NCBI GenBank assembly: GCA_963666565.1 | Contig: OY762911.1 | Location: forward strand, 896,001-960,000 | Origin: Thermoanaerobaculia bacterium | GTDB taxonomy: Bacteria > Acidobacteriota > Thermoanaerobaculia > Multivoradales > Multivoraceae | Length of the DNA stretch: 64,000 bases | Direction of reading: 5' to 3' | In this document: one piece after another, positions 39,314-48,689 of the stretch | Layout of the letters: the number at the start of each line of letters is the position of its first letter | Numbering within the stretch: the stretch's first letter is position 1 | Notes under the pieces: generated by a model | Databases searched by the model: none | The model's input: the letters and a program-made list of their open reading frames with translations, nothing else | Told to the model about the DNA's origin: nothing | Program-made: the position numbers and the translations under genes

Positions 39314-40486
39314 ATGTCCGCGGCCAACGAAGCGGCCGGCCCGTTGGAGGGCTTCGTGCTCGGCATCGAAACGTCCTGCGACGACACCGCCTGCGCGGTG
39401 CTCGACGCGAAGGGCCGGGTGCTCTCGTCGGTCGTCTCGAGCCAACTGGACGTACACCGCCCGTTCGGCGGCGTCGTGCCGGAGGCGGCGTCGCGGGAGC
39501 ACCTACGCAACTGGCCCGCCGTGTCGGCGGCGGCGCTCGAGGAGGCGGGCGTGGACTGGTCCGGCGTCGGCGCGGTCGCGGCGACCCGCGGGCCCGGCCT
39601 CGTCGGGTCGCTCCTCGTCGGCCTTTCGCTCGGCAAGGCGATCGGCTACTCGCTCGGCGTGCCGTTCCTCGCCGTGCATCATCTGGAGGGGCACCTGTAC
39701 TCGCCGTTGCTCCGGTCCGACGGCGCGAGCCGGCCCGTGCCCGAGTCGATGGTCGGCCTGGTGGTCTCCGGCGGCCACACCAGCCTGCTCGCCGTCGACG
39801 GCCCGTCCGGCGCGGTGACCAGTCTGGCCGAGACGCGGGACGACGCGATCGGCGAAGCATTCGACAAGATCGGCCACCGCATCGGCCTGGCCTTCCCGGC
39901 CGGCGCCGAGGTCGACCGGCTGGCGGAACTCGGCGATCCGGCGGCCTGTCCGTTCCGGGTGGCCAGGATCAAGTCCAGCGAACTGGCCTTCTCGTACTCG
40001 GGCCTGAAGAGCCAGGCGCTGCGCGCGCTCGGCGAGATCGAGGCGGGGAACGGCGCCGGCTATGGCACCCCGGCGCACCCGGTGGGCGGCTCTGCGGACA
40101 CTTCGATCGAAGACGAAGCCTGGCCTCGGGAGGTGCTCGACCTGTTCGCCGGGTTCCGGCGCGCCGCGGTCGCGCAGTTGATCGACCGCCTGGACCGGCT
40201 GTGCGACGAGCGGCCGGTGGAGCGGCTCTCCGTCTCGGGCGGGGTGGCGGCGAACCGCCTGCTGCGTCGGGAGGTTGCGCTCTGGGGCGAGCGTCGCGGC
40301 GCCGAGGTGCTGCTCGTGCCGCTCCGCTACTGCGGCGACAACGCGGCGATGATCGCCCATGCCGGCCTGCTGCGCCTCCGTCGCGGCGACGTCGACGACC
40401 CCCGCTCCGCGGATGCGGAGAGCCGGATCCCCTTCGCGCCCCGGACTGCGAAGAAGCAGCTTGGGCAGCGAGTCGCGCCGGCCTGA
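39314..40486 (+). CDS. tsaD: tRNA N6-adenosine threonylcarbamoyltransferase
   Basis: LGIETSCDDT, GGVVPE.ASREH, HHLEGH, VSGGHT, DDAIGEAFDK, GGVAAN, DNAAMIA. Confidence 0.96.
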   Translation: MSAANEAAGPLEGFVLGIETSCDDTACAVLDAKGRVLSSVVSSQLDVHRPFGGVVPEAASREHLRNWPAVSAAALEEAGVDWSGVGAVAATRGPGLVGSLLVGLSLGKAIGYSLGVPFLAVHHLEGHLYSPLLRSDGASRPVPESMVGLVVSGGHTSLLAVDGPSGAVTSLAETRDDAIGEAFDKIGHRIGLAFPAGAEVDRLAELGDPAACPFRVARIKSSELAFSYSGLKSQALRALGEIEAGNGAGYGTPAHPVGGSADTSIEDEAWPREVLDLFAGFRRAAVAQLIDRLDRLCDERPVERLSVSGGVAANRLLRREVALWGERRGAEVLLVPLRYCGDNAAMIAHAGLLRLRRGDVDDPRSADAESRIPFAPRTAKKQLGQRVAPA

Positions 40487-40550
40487 CGGCCGGCTCGCTT
40501 CTCTTGCCGCCTTCGGCGACGGCGGGTCGGAAGACCCGCGCACCCAGCGG
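40477..40550 (-). repeat. Full-length REP-like family A copy
   Basis: Reverse complement ccgctgggtgcgcgggtcttccgacccgccgtcgccgaaggcggcaagagaagcgagccggccgtcaggccggc. Confidence 0.85.
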
Positions 40551-40554
40551 CCGC

Positions 40555-41334
40555 CTAGTCGATGAGCCCCCCCAGCGGCGACGATGCCGTCGCGTAGAGC
40601 TTCTTCGGAATCCGCCCGGCGTTCGCCGCCAGCCAGCCGGCCTCCACAGCCAGCTTCATCGCGCGCGCCATCCGCACCGGATCGCGGGCGCCGGCGACGC
40701 CGGTGTTCATCAGCACGCCGTCGGCGCCGAGCTCCATCGCCAGGGCGGCGTCGCTGGCGGTGCCGACGCCGGCGTCCACGATCACCGGCACGTTGGCCTG
40801 CTCGACGATGATCCGCAGGTTCGCCGGGTTGCGGATTCCCATCCCGGAGCCGATCGGCGCCGCGAGCGGCATCACCGCGGCCGCGCCCAGGTCCTCCAGC
40901 TTGCGGCAGGTGATCGGATCGTCCGTCGTGTAGGGAAGCACGACGAAGTCGTCGGCGACCAGCTCCCGGGTCGCCGCGAGCAGCTCTTCGTTGTCCGGGA
41001 AGAGCGTCTTCTCGTCGCCGATCACCTCCAGCTTGACCCAGTTCCATCCGCCCAGTTCCCGCGCCAGCCGGGCGGTCCGCACCGCGTCGTCCGCGGTGTA
41101 GCAGGCGGCGGTGTTGGGCAGCAGCAGGTAGCGGTCCTGGTCGATGCGGTCGATCAGCGACCCCTTGCCCAGGTCGTCCAGGTTGACGCGGCGGAGCGCC
41201 ACCGTGACCATCTCCGTGCCGGACGCGGCGAAGGCCTCGACCATCACCTGTTCGTCGCGGTACTTGCCGGTGCCGAGAATGAGGCGCGAGCGGAACTCGC
41301 GTCCGGCGATGACGAGCGGTTCTGGAGCGGTCAT
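40555..41334 (-). CDS. thiG: Thiazole synthase
   Basis: [43 protein letters not shown]. Confidence 0.96.
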   Translation of the reverse strand: MTAPEPLVIAGREFRSRLILGTGKYRDEQVMVEAFAASGTEMVTVALRRVNLDDLGKGSLIDRIDQDRYLLLPNTAACYTADDAVRTARLARELGGWNWVKLEVIGDEKTLFPDNEELLAATRELVADDFVVLPYTTDDPITCRKLEDLGAAAVMPLAAPIGSGMGIRNPANLRIIVEQANVPVIVDAGVGTASDAALAMELGADGVLMNTGVAGARDPVRMARAMKLAVEAGWLAANAGRIPKKLYATASSPLGGLID

Positions 41335-41356
41335 GGCGTCTGTCTCTCGGGCTGCC

Positions 41357-42007
41357 TCAGGCGCTGCGCGCGGGCACGAAGTACTCGGTGCCCCGGATTT
41401 GCCGCGAGATGTGGTGGAGCAGCTCCTCGAAGTCGGTCGGCTTGTGCTCGAAATCCATGTTGCGGCTGTCCACGACCAGCAGAGGCGACCCGTCGTAGTG
41501 GTAGTAGTGGTGGTTGTAGGCCTCGATCAGTTCGCTCATGTAGTCGGCGGAGATGTTCTGCTCGATGGCGCGGCTGCGCTTGCGGATCCGCGCCATGCAG
41601 GTCTCGACGTCGGCGGTGAGGAAGATGAGGAGGTCCGGCTGGCGCAACTGCGGCTCGAGCAGGTCGTAGAGCTTCTCGAACAGCATCAGGTCGCCGTCCG
41701 TCAGGTTGAGAAACGCGAAGAGTCTGCTCTTGGCGAAAGTGTAGTCGGCGAGGCGGACGGGATCGAACAGCTCCTCCTGGGCCAGGTCGAGTTGCTGCTT
41801 GTAGCGCGTCAGCAGGAAGTAGAGCTCGGTCTGGAAGGCGGTACCGGGCCGATCCTGGTAGAACGCCTCGAGGAACGGGTTGTCCACGTCCTCGAGGATC
41901 TTCACGCCCTCGAAGCGCTGCGCGAGCATCTCGACCAGGGTCGTCTTGCCTACGCCGATCGGTCCGTCGACGGCCAGGTACCGGTACGGGAGCGCGTCCA
42001 CGGGCAC
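41357..42007 (-). CDS. Deoxynucleoside kinase
   Basis: [41 protein letters not shown]. Confidence 0.92.
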   Translation of the reverse strand: MPVDALPYRYLAVDGPIGVGKTTLVEMLAQRFEGVKILEDVDNPFLEAFYQDRPGTAFQTELYFLLTRYKQQLDLAQEELFDPVRLADYTFAKSRLFAFLNLTDGDLMLFEKLYDLLEPQLRQPDLLIFLTADVETCMARIRKRSRAIEQNISADYMSELIEAYNHHYYHYDGSPLLVVDSRNMDFEHKPTDFEELLHHISRQIRGTEYFVPARSA

Positions 42008-42108
42008 TGCGCGGACTATACAATCCCCCGGCGGCGCCGGGCGCGGCCGCGGAGACGGCTTCGGCCGGCGTCGGCGCGAGACCCAAGAGGACTTCCGATA
42101 GGGGGAGA

Positions 42109-43155
42109 GTGAGAGTGAATCCCTGGTGGCGGAGACCGGCGGCGGACGAGAAACCTGAACCGGCGCGGCGAAAGAAGGCGAGGGCCAAAGGCGAGGACGA
42201 GCCGAAGGTCGAGGCCGCCGGCCAGGCCGAGGCGAAGGCCGGCGGCGGCTCGACCGCTCCCGCGCCGAAGGAAGACGAGGCCGCGGCGCCCGCGGCCGCC
42301 GAGGCGCGGGCGGGCGCGGAGGAGGACGTGGCCGCGACTTCCGGCGAGGCGCCGGCCTCGGCGGCCCCCGTCGTCGACGAACCTCCCGTTTCTCCGGCCC
42401 TGGAAGCCGCTACGGAACCCGCGTCGCCCGCCCGGCCGAACAGCGACGACGCGGGCGACGGCGGCGACGCGAGCCACGCCGCCGACGCGAGCCACGCCGC
42501 CGACACGAGCCACGCCGGCGAGGCCGCCGCGTCCGCGCCGCCCAGACGCCGCCGCCGCCGCCGGCGTTCCCGTCGGGGCGGCCGCGGCGCTGCCGCCCAC
42601 GGGCAGGACGAAGCCGACCGGCAGGGCAAGGCAGGCAAGCAGGACGAGGCCCGCGAGGACCGGAAGGCCCAGGCCGCGGACGCGCCGCCGCGCGCGCGGC
42701 GTTCCGGCGGGCCGGGCCGCGCCGCCGTGTTGCTCGACCTCGGCGGGCTGGAACGCAGCCTGGACGGCGGTTCGCCGCTCGACCCGGAGGGCCTGCTGGC
42801 GCGGCTGGACGCCGATCTCGGCAAGCTCGTGCTGCGCCGCGTCTATGCCGACGCCAGCGATCGGGCGCTGGACCGCAAGGCGCTGCACGGCGGAGGCGCC
42901 GAGGTCGTCGACGTGCCTTCGGGCGCGGAAGTCCGCGGCTGCTCCGCCGCGGTGCGGATCGTCGTGGACGCGCTGGAGCTCTGCTACACCAAGCGCGGCG
43001 TGGACACGGTGGTCCTGGCGGCGACCTCGGTCCAGATGCTGCCCCTTGTCGCCAAGCTGCAGCAGAACGGCGTGACGGTCGTCGGTCTCGGGGGGCCGGA
43101 AGGCGACCCGCAGGTACGCGCCCAGTGCGACCGCTTCATCGATCTTTCCGGCTGA
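42109..43155 (+). CDS. NYN/LabA-like domain protein with long disordered N-terminus
   Basis: C-terminal RRVYAD, IVVDALELCY, PLV.KL...G.TVVG.G, CDRFI; acidic and Arg-rich N-terminal half. Confidence 0.75.
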   Translation: MRVNPWWRRPAADEKPEPARRKKARAKGEDEPKVEAAGQAEAKAGGGSTAPAPKEDEAAAPAAAEARAGAEEDVAATSGEAPASAAPVVDEPPVSPALEAATEPASPARPNSDDAGDGGDASHAADASHAADTSHAGEAAASAPPRRRRRRRRSRRGGRGAAAHGQDEADRQGKAGKQDEAREDRKAQAADAPPRARRSGGPGRAAVLLDLGGLERSLDGGSPLDPEGLLARLDADLGKLVLRRVYADASDRALDRKALHGGGAEVVDVPSGAEVRGCSAAVRIVVDALELCYTKRGVDTVVLAATSVQMLPLVAKLQQNGVTVVGLGGPEGDPQVRAQCDRFIDLSG

Positions 43156-43222
43156 GCGGCTCTCCCCTTTCTCCGGCGCAAGCTGCTAGGGTTCCGCGTT
43201 CGCTCGGCGCGGCGGCTGAGAT

Positions 43223-43299
43223 GCACCCTTAGCTCAACTGGATAGAGCGTTGGACTACGGATCCAAAGGTTGGGGGTTCGACTCCTCCAGGGTGCACCA
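43223..43299 (+). tRNA. tRNA-Arg(ACG)
   Basis: GCACCCT/AGGGTGC acceptor, anticodon arm ttgga-ctACGga-tccaa, GGTTCGACTCC, CCA. Confidence 0.96.
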
Positions 43300-43327
43300 C
43301 CTTCTCCCGGAACCGCGTAGAGCGTCG

Positions 43328-43395
43328 TAGAGCGTCGTCCGCACGGACCAAGGCTTGGGGGTTCGACTCCTCCAGGGTGCACCATCTTCTCCCGG
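43328..43395 (+). pseudogene. Degenerate tandem copy of tRNA-Arg (intact 3' half)
   Basis: 43355-43395 repeats 43270-43310 with one mismatch; upstream tagagcgt..acgga.ccaagg resembles decayed D and anticodon arms. Confidence 0.7.
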
Positions 43396-43399
43396 TCGC

Positions 43400-44056
43400 C
43401 TACGGCCTCAGCCGTTCGATCGTCCTGGTTCCCAGGCGCTGAATCGCCGCGACGACGTCGACGTTGCCCGGGTCGAGCAGCCACAGGAGCGTCGCTCCGC
43501 GGACGGCGGCGAGAACCTGGAAAGCGGTTTCGGCCGGATCGACGTCGGCCCGGATCTCGCCTGCATCCCGTCCCTCCCGAACGGCCTGTTCGATCGCCGC
43601 CGCGAAGCGGTCGTTGCCGGCTCTGAACAGATCGATCTTCGCGTTCAGCGGCCCGAGCGAATCCGCCATCAGCATGAACAGCGCTCGCATCCAGTGTTCG
43701 GCGTCGCGGAGCAGTTCCGAGTAGCCGGTGAAGATGCGGTTCAGGCCGGCCAGGCCGGCGACTCCGTTTTCCGGCTCGAAGACCTCGTCGCCGGCGCGGG
43801 TCTGCAGACGGGCGACGATCGCCTCGACGATTCCCTCCTTCGAGCCGAAGCGGAGCGAAACGAGAGCGCTCGAGTAGCCGGCCTCCCTGCCGATCTGCTC
43901 GAGGGTCGTCGCGGTGTAGCCCTGGCGGCCGAACAGGATCGCGGCGGCCTGCAGGATCTGGCGCTCCGACTCGGCGCGCCGTTCCGCCTGGGTGCGCCGC
44001 GGGCGCCCGCCGCCGCGCTGCCGGGCGTCCGGGTTCGCGTTGACGGGCTCTGACAT
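43400..44056 (-). CDS. TetR/AcrR family regulator
   Basis: RRTQAERRAES..QIL.AA..LF..QGY..TTL..I...AG.S..L....FGSKE. Confidence 0.92.
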   Translation of the reverse strand: MSEPVNANPDARQRGGGRPRRTQAERRAESERQILQAAAILFGRQGYTATTLEQIGREAGYSSALVSLRFGSKEGIVEAIVARLQTRAGDEVFEPENGVAGLAGLNRIFTGYSELLRDAEHWMRALFMLMADSLGPLNAKIDLFRAGNDRFAAAIEQAVREGRDAGEIRADVDPAETAFQVLAAVRGATLLWLLDPGNVDVVAAIQRLGTRTIERLRP

Positions 44057-44107
44057 GCCTGACGTGGTCGAGTGGGGTGGCTGCCGGCGACTCGGCAAGA
44101 CCAAGCG

Positions 44108-44196
44108 GTGCAACCCGATGGCGGGCGGAGTGAGGCGCCGGCGAGTTCCTCGCTCGGCCCGACGCCGCCGTGCAACCCGCTCGCGGGCGGAGTGAG
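44108..44196. promoter_or_regulatory. Pair of 27-bp direct repeats, candidate TetR operators
   Basis: gtgcaacccgatggcgggcggagtgag (44108) and gtgcaacccgctcgcgggcggagtgag (44170). Confidence 0.55.
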
Positions 44197-44231
44197 ACTC
44201 TATCCCCAGGCGCCTGCCGGGCGAGCGGGCC

Positions 44232-44254
44232 GGTGCGCGGGTCTTCCGACCCGC
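44232..44254 (+). repeat. REP-like family A core
   Basis: ggtgcgcgggtcttccgacccgc. Confidence 0.75.
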
Positions 44255-44355
44255 TCCGGGCGACGGCGCGGAGCGACGGCGACCGAAGGGGAAGCCGCCG
44301 GCCGGCGGGCGGCGCCATTCCCGGCTCTGCAAGCTCTTCGGCTACGCTGACGAGC

Positions 44356-45456
44356 GTGCAGACGGAGTTCTCGCGCGAACAGCGACTGCTCCGCGACATC
44401 GTGTCGCGGGCGCTGCGGGACAAGTCGCCGCCGGAGGCCGTGCGCGAGCAGATGGCGACGGACCGCGGCTACGACCCGGACGTCTGGCAGGAGCTCTGCG
44501 GCGACGTCGGGCTGGCCGGCGTGCACGTTCCGGAGGCGTATGGCGGCGCCGGCGGCGGTGCGGTCGAACTCGGCATCGTCGCCGAGGAGATGGGGCGAAC
44601 GCTGTTCTGCGGCCCCTGGTTCGCTTCGGCTGCGATGGCCGGAACCGCGCTGCTCGAGGCGGCGAACGACGAGGACCGGCAATCGCTCCTGCCCGGAGTC
44701 GCCGACGGCTCGACGATCGCGACTCTCGTGCTGGACGACCTGAACGGTCCAGCCGGCGTCGGTAGCTCGATCCGCGCCGAGGAGGACGGGAAGCTGTCCG
44801 GGACGGCGGCGATGGCCGTCGATGCCCATGTCGCCGACCTGCTGCTGGTCGTGGCGAGCGGCGCCGGCGGGCTCGGGCTGTACGCGCTCGAACGCGGCGC
44901 GGCCGGTCTCTCGGTCGAACCGCTCCAGGTCGTCGATCCGACCCGCAAGCTGTCCCGGGTCGTGCTGGCCGACGTGCCGGGCCGCCGCGTCGGCGAAGTG
45001 ACCGGCGAGGCCCTGGACCGGATCTGGGACCGGATCTGCTCCGCCCTGGCTCACGAGACGATCGGCGGCGCGCAGCACCTCTTCGAGACGACGGTGAACT
45101 ACACGAAGGAGCGGTACCAGTTCGGGCGACCGATCGGCTCCTTCCAGGCGCTCAAGCACCGCTGCGCCGACCTGCTGCTCGAGATCGAGATCGCCCGCGC
45201 GCTCGTCCACCACTCGGCGCGCTGCCTCGACGCCGGCGAGGGCGAGCCGTACGCCGCCAGCATGGCGAAGGCGGCGGCCGCCGACGCCTGCATGAGCGCG
45301 GCCAGAGCCGGCATCCAGTTGCGCGGCGGGATCGGCTTCACCTGGGAGAACGACACCCACCTCTGGTTCAAGCGGGCGAAGGGTTCGGAGGTCCTGTTCG
45401 GCACCCCGGCGATCCACCGGGAACGGATGATGACGATGCTGGAGGGCGCGGCATGA
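44356..45456 (+). CDS. Acyl-CoA dehydrogenase family protein (heteromeric partner type)
   Basis: PEAYGGAG, EEMGR, YTKERYQFGRPIGSFQALKHRCAD, GGIGFTWE. Confidence 0.92.
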   Translation: MQTEFSREQRLLRDIVSRALRDKSPPEAVREQMATDRGYDPDVWQELCGDVGLAGVHVPEAYGGAGGGAVELGIVAEEMGRTLFCGPWFASAAMAGTALLEAANDEDRQSLLPGVADGSTIATLVLDDLNGPAGVGSSIRAEEDGKLSGTAAMAVDAHVADLLLVVASGAGGLGLYALERGAAGLSVEPLQVVDPTRKLSRVVLADVPGRRVGEVTGEALDRIWDRICSALAHETIGGAQHLFETTVNYTKERYQFGRPIGSFQALKHRCADLLLEIEIARALVHHSARCLDAGEGEPYAASMAKAAAADACMSAARAGIQLRGGIGFTWENDTHLWFKRAKGSEVLFGTPAIHRERMMTMLEGAA

Positions 45457-46697
45457 CGCCGGAACGGATCCGCCGCGAGGTCTCGGCCTGGCTCGACGCG
45501 AACTGGCGCGTCGACCGTCCCCTGATCGAGTGGCGGAACATTCTGCTCGAAGGCGGCTGGGCCGCCCCGCACTGGCCCGAGGAGTGGTACGGACGCGGCT
45601 TCACGCTCGACCAGACCATCGTCGTCGCGGAGGTCTTCCGGGAGAAGGACGTGGTTCGGGCCGCTCAGGTCGGTCCGCGGGGACTGGCGTCGGAGACGAT
45701 CCTGGCCTGTGGCTCGGACGACCAGAAGCGGCGCTTCCTGCGGCCCATCCTGACCGGAGAGCACACCTGGTGCCAGCTCTTCAGCGAGCCGGGCAGCGGT
45801 TCCGATCTGGCGGGCCTGAGCACCCGGGCCGAGTTGAAGGACGGCAAGTGGATCGTCAACGGCCAGAAAGTCTGGAACACGAGCGCCCACCACGCGGACT
45901 TCGGGTTGCTCGTCGCGCGCACCGACTGGGACGTGCCGAAGCACCAGGGGATCAGCTACTTCCTGCTCGACATGCGGCAGCCGGGAGTCGAGGCGCGGCC
46001 GCTCCGGCAGATGAACGGCCACCAGTCGTTCAACGAGGTCTTCATGACGAACGCCGTCGTGCCGCCGGAGGACCTGATCGGCGGCGAGGGCAACGGCTGG
46101 CACGTGGCGAAGACCACGCTCTCCTTCGAACGGCGCGGCTTCAGCCGCCGGGTGCGCGGTTCCTCCCTGGACGGGCCGAAGCAGGGGCCGATCTACGCGG
46201 AGTACGAGGAAGAGCTCCGGATCGCGACGGAGCCCTACACCTGGTACCCGCAGCGCGAGGGCCGGGTGGACCTCGTCCTGCCGCGCGCCCGGGAAACCGG
46301 TGCGATCGACGAGCCGGCGACGCGGCAGGAGATCGCGAAGCTGATTTGCCTGCATACCGGCGCGCGGCTCGCCTCCGACGGCGCCGAGGCCAGGCGCAAG
46401 GCCGGCACCACGGAGATCATCCCGGCCGGGTCGATCGGCAAGCTCGCCGCGAGCGTCATAGCCCGCCAGGCCTCCGTGGTCCACACGATGATCTCCGGCG
46501 CGGACGCCATGCTGAGCGGTCCCGACTCCGCCGCGGACGGGATCATCGCGGAGGTCCTGGTCTCGGTGCCCGCCATCTCGATCGCTGGCGGCACAGACGA
46601 GATCCAGCGCAACATCATCTCCGAGCGCGTGCTGGGGATGCCGAAGGGGTACCGCGCCGACCAGGGCCCGTTCCGCGACATCAAGCGCAACGCGTAG
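45453..46697 (+). CDS. Acyl-CoA dehydrogenase family protein
   Basis: WCQLFSEPGSGSDLA, NGQKVW, KHQGISYF, FNEVF, IAGGTDEIQRNII. Confidence 0.94.
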   Translation: MTPERIRREVSAWLDANWRVDRPLIEWRNILLEGGWAAPHWPEEWYGRGFTLDQTIVVAEVFREKDVVRAAQVGPRGLASETILACGSDDQKRRFLRPILTGEHTWCQLFSEPGSGSDLAGLSTRAELKDGKWIVNGQKVWNTSAHHADFGLLVARTDWDVPKHQGISYFLLDMRQPGVEARPLRQMNGHQSFNEVFMTNAVVPPEDLIGGEGNGWHVAKTTLSFERRGFSRRVRGSSLDGPKQGPIYAEYEEELRIATEPYTWYPQREGRVDLVLPRARETGAIDEPATRQEIAKLICLHTGARLASDGAEARRKAGTTEIIPAGSIGKLAASVIARQASVVHTMISGADAMLSGPDSAADGIIAEVLVSVPAISIAGGTDEIQRNIISERVLGMPKGYRADQGPFRDIKRNA

Positions 46698-46710
46698 GCG
46701 CCCGTTCCCG

Positions 46711-48609
46711 GTGCGGCACGGACTTCCACCGCGGGTAGCCGGGGCGCGGCTTCGGGCGCCGGCGGCCGGCGCCCGCGGCAATCCGCTCCCGGCGCCACGC
46801 GGGCCTCTGCCACGGGCTGCCGGGGCGCGGCTGGCGGCGGCCTGCCTCCTGGCCTGCGCCTGCGGCAATCCGCTTCCGGTGGTCGAGGCCGGCGGCGACT
46901 ACGAGCCGTTGGCCGATCCTCTCGTCGATCCGCCGTCGTTGTACGAGCTGTACCCGGTCGCCGAGCCGCAACGGGCCGATACCGCCACGACGATCGTGCG
47001 GCACGACTTCTCCCAGCCGGCAACGCTCAACCCGCTCTTTCCGTCCGGCGCGGCGTCCGCCTGGACGATGTTCGGGATGCTCTTCGAGTGGCTCGTCATC
47101 CGCCATGGCAACCCGGCGAACTACGACTGGAACACGAACGTCGTCCTCGCGGTGCAACCGTCGGAGGACCTGCGTTCCGTCACGCTCGAGCTGAATCCCG
47201 AGCTGCGATGGCACGACGGCGAACCCTGGACGGCTCACGACGTCGTGTTCTCGCTCGAAGCGCTGCGCGACGAACGGGTGCCGGTGAGCTTCTGGCCGAC
47301 GGCGCGCGACCTGATCGCCGGCGCCTCGGCGGAGGGTGCTCACCGGGTGCGCTTCGACTTCGCCGGGCTCCTGGCGCCGCAGTTGCGCCTGGAGGCGCTT
47401 GTCTTTCCCATCATGCCGCTCCACATCGTGGGAAACGCCGGCGAACGCGCCGCCGACCCGACGCTCCGGTCGTCGCCCTACTACAACCGCTACGGCCGCG
47501 AGGCGGTGATCGGCAGCGGCCCGTTCCGCTTCGTGGAATGGCGGACCAACGACCGGGTCGTCCTCGAACGGTGGGAGGACCACTACCTCTTCGACCGCGC
47601 GCCGCCGGCCGCGAAGACGATGATCTTCAAGTTCCAGCCCGACCGGAACCTCGCCTTCCTCCAGTTCCTGGGCGGCGAGTACGACCAGATCTACGTCGAC
47701 GCGAACATCTTCGCCCGGCAGGCGAAGGGAGAGTTGTTCGAGGCGAGGGCGGTGAAGGGCCGTCACGCGTCGGCCCTGCTCCTTTGCATCGTGTGGAACA
47801 TGGACGGCAGCAATCCGTTCTTCGTCGACCCGTTGGTGCGCCGGGCGCTCTCCCACGCCTACGACGCCGAGACGGTGCTACGCCGCGTCGGCCACGGGCT
47901 GTACCGGCGCTCCTACGGTTTCATGGTGGAAGAACGCTGGGACTACGAACCGGCGCTCCTCGATCAGGCCCTCGACTACGACCTGGCGCGCGCCGCCGAA
48001 CTCCTCGACCGGGCCGGCTGGCTTGCCGATCCCGACACGGGCTGGCGGTACAAGGAGATCGACGGCGAGCGGATTCGCTTCAGCTTCGAACTGTCGTACA
48101 CCGCCGGTCTGACCTACGTACCGCCGACGCTCGACATCCTGCGCGAGGACTTCCGCCGCCTCGGGGTCGAGATGGTCACGCGCGCCTACGAGAGCGCTTC
48201 GCTCAACGAGAAGCGGCTGGACCACGACTTCCAGGCCCTCGGAACGATCGGCGGCACGACCCAGGATCCGAACTCCCTCCGCAACCAGTTGGCCACCGAC
48301 GCCTACGACGGCGGCCGCAACAGCGGCGGCTACTCGAACCCCAGGGTCGACGAGCTGTTCGAGCTCGGCAAGCGGGAACAGGACGCGGCGAAACGCACCG
48401 CGATCTACCGGGAGATCCACCGGGAGGTCTACCGCGACCAGCCCGTCCTGTTCATCTTCCACGTCAGCTTCCTGTGGGTGTTCAACGACGACATCCGCGG
48501 CGTCGAATTCGGCCCGATGGGCACGATCCTCCTGTGGCCGACCCCGCCCGAGGGCTGGCCGTCCCGGACCGGCCCGGGCTGGTGGCGCGAGCGGCCGGCG
48601 GCCGAGTGA
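46711..48609 (+). CDS. ABC transporter family-5 (peptide/nickel) substrate-binding lipoprotein
   Basis: Lipobox LACAC, WHDGEP.TA.DV.FS, IGSGPF, D..VRRAL, YSNPRVDEL; start uncertain. Confidence 0.88.
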   Translation: MRHGLPPRVAGARLRAPAAGARGNPLPAPRGPLPRAAGARLAAACLLACACGNPLPVVEAGGDYEPLADPLVDPPSLYELYPVAEPQRADTATTIVRHDFSQPATLNPLFPSGAASAWTMFGMLFEWLVIRHGNPANYDWNTNVVLAVQPSEDLRSVTLELNPELRWHDGEPWTAHDVVFSLEALRDERVPVSFWPTARDLIAGASAEGAHRVRFDFAGLLAPQLRLEALVFPIMPLHIVGNAGERAADPTLRSSPYYNRYGREAVIGSGPFRFVEWRTNDRVVLERWEDHYLFDRAPPAAKTMIFKFQPDRNLAFLQFLGGEYDQIYVDANIFARQAKGELFEARAVKGRHASALLLCIVWNMDGSNPFFVDPLVRRALSHAYDAETVLRRVGHGLYRRSYGFMVEERWDYEPALLDQALDYDLARAAELLDRAGWLADPDTGWRYKEIDGERIRFSFELSYTAGLTYVPPTLDILREDFRRLGVEMVTRAYESASLNEKRLDHDFQALGTIGGTTQDPNSLRNQLATDAYDGGRNSGGYSNPRVDELFELGKREQDAAKRTAIYREIHREVYRDQPVLFIFHVSFLWVFNDDIRGVEFGPMGTILLWPTPPEGWPSRTGPGWWRERPAAE

Positions 48610-48689
48610 CTTCGGCGGCTTGCCCAACTCCGTCGACCGGCGGTAGCGTCGAGGCGCGACAGAGGATGAATAGGGCCGTTGCTCCGTTT

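Noticed and set aside
41334-42110. TPP riboswitch for thiG
   Set aside because: Only 22 bp separate thiG from the upstream gene and no TGAGA-type aptamer core is seen
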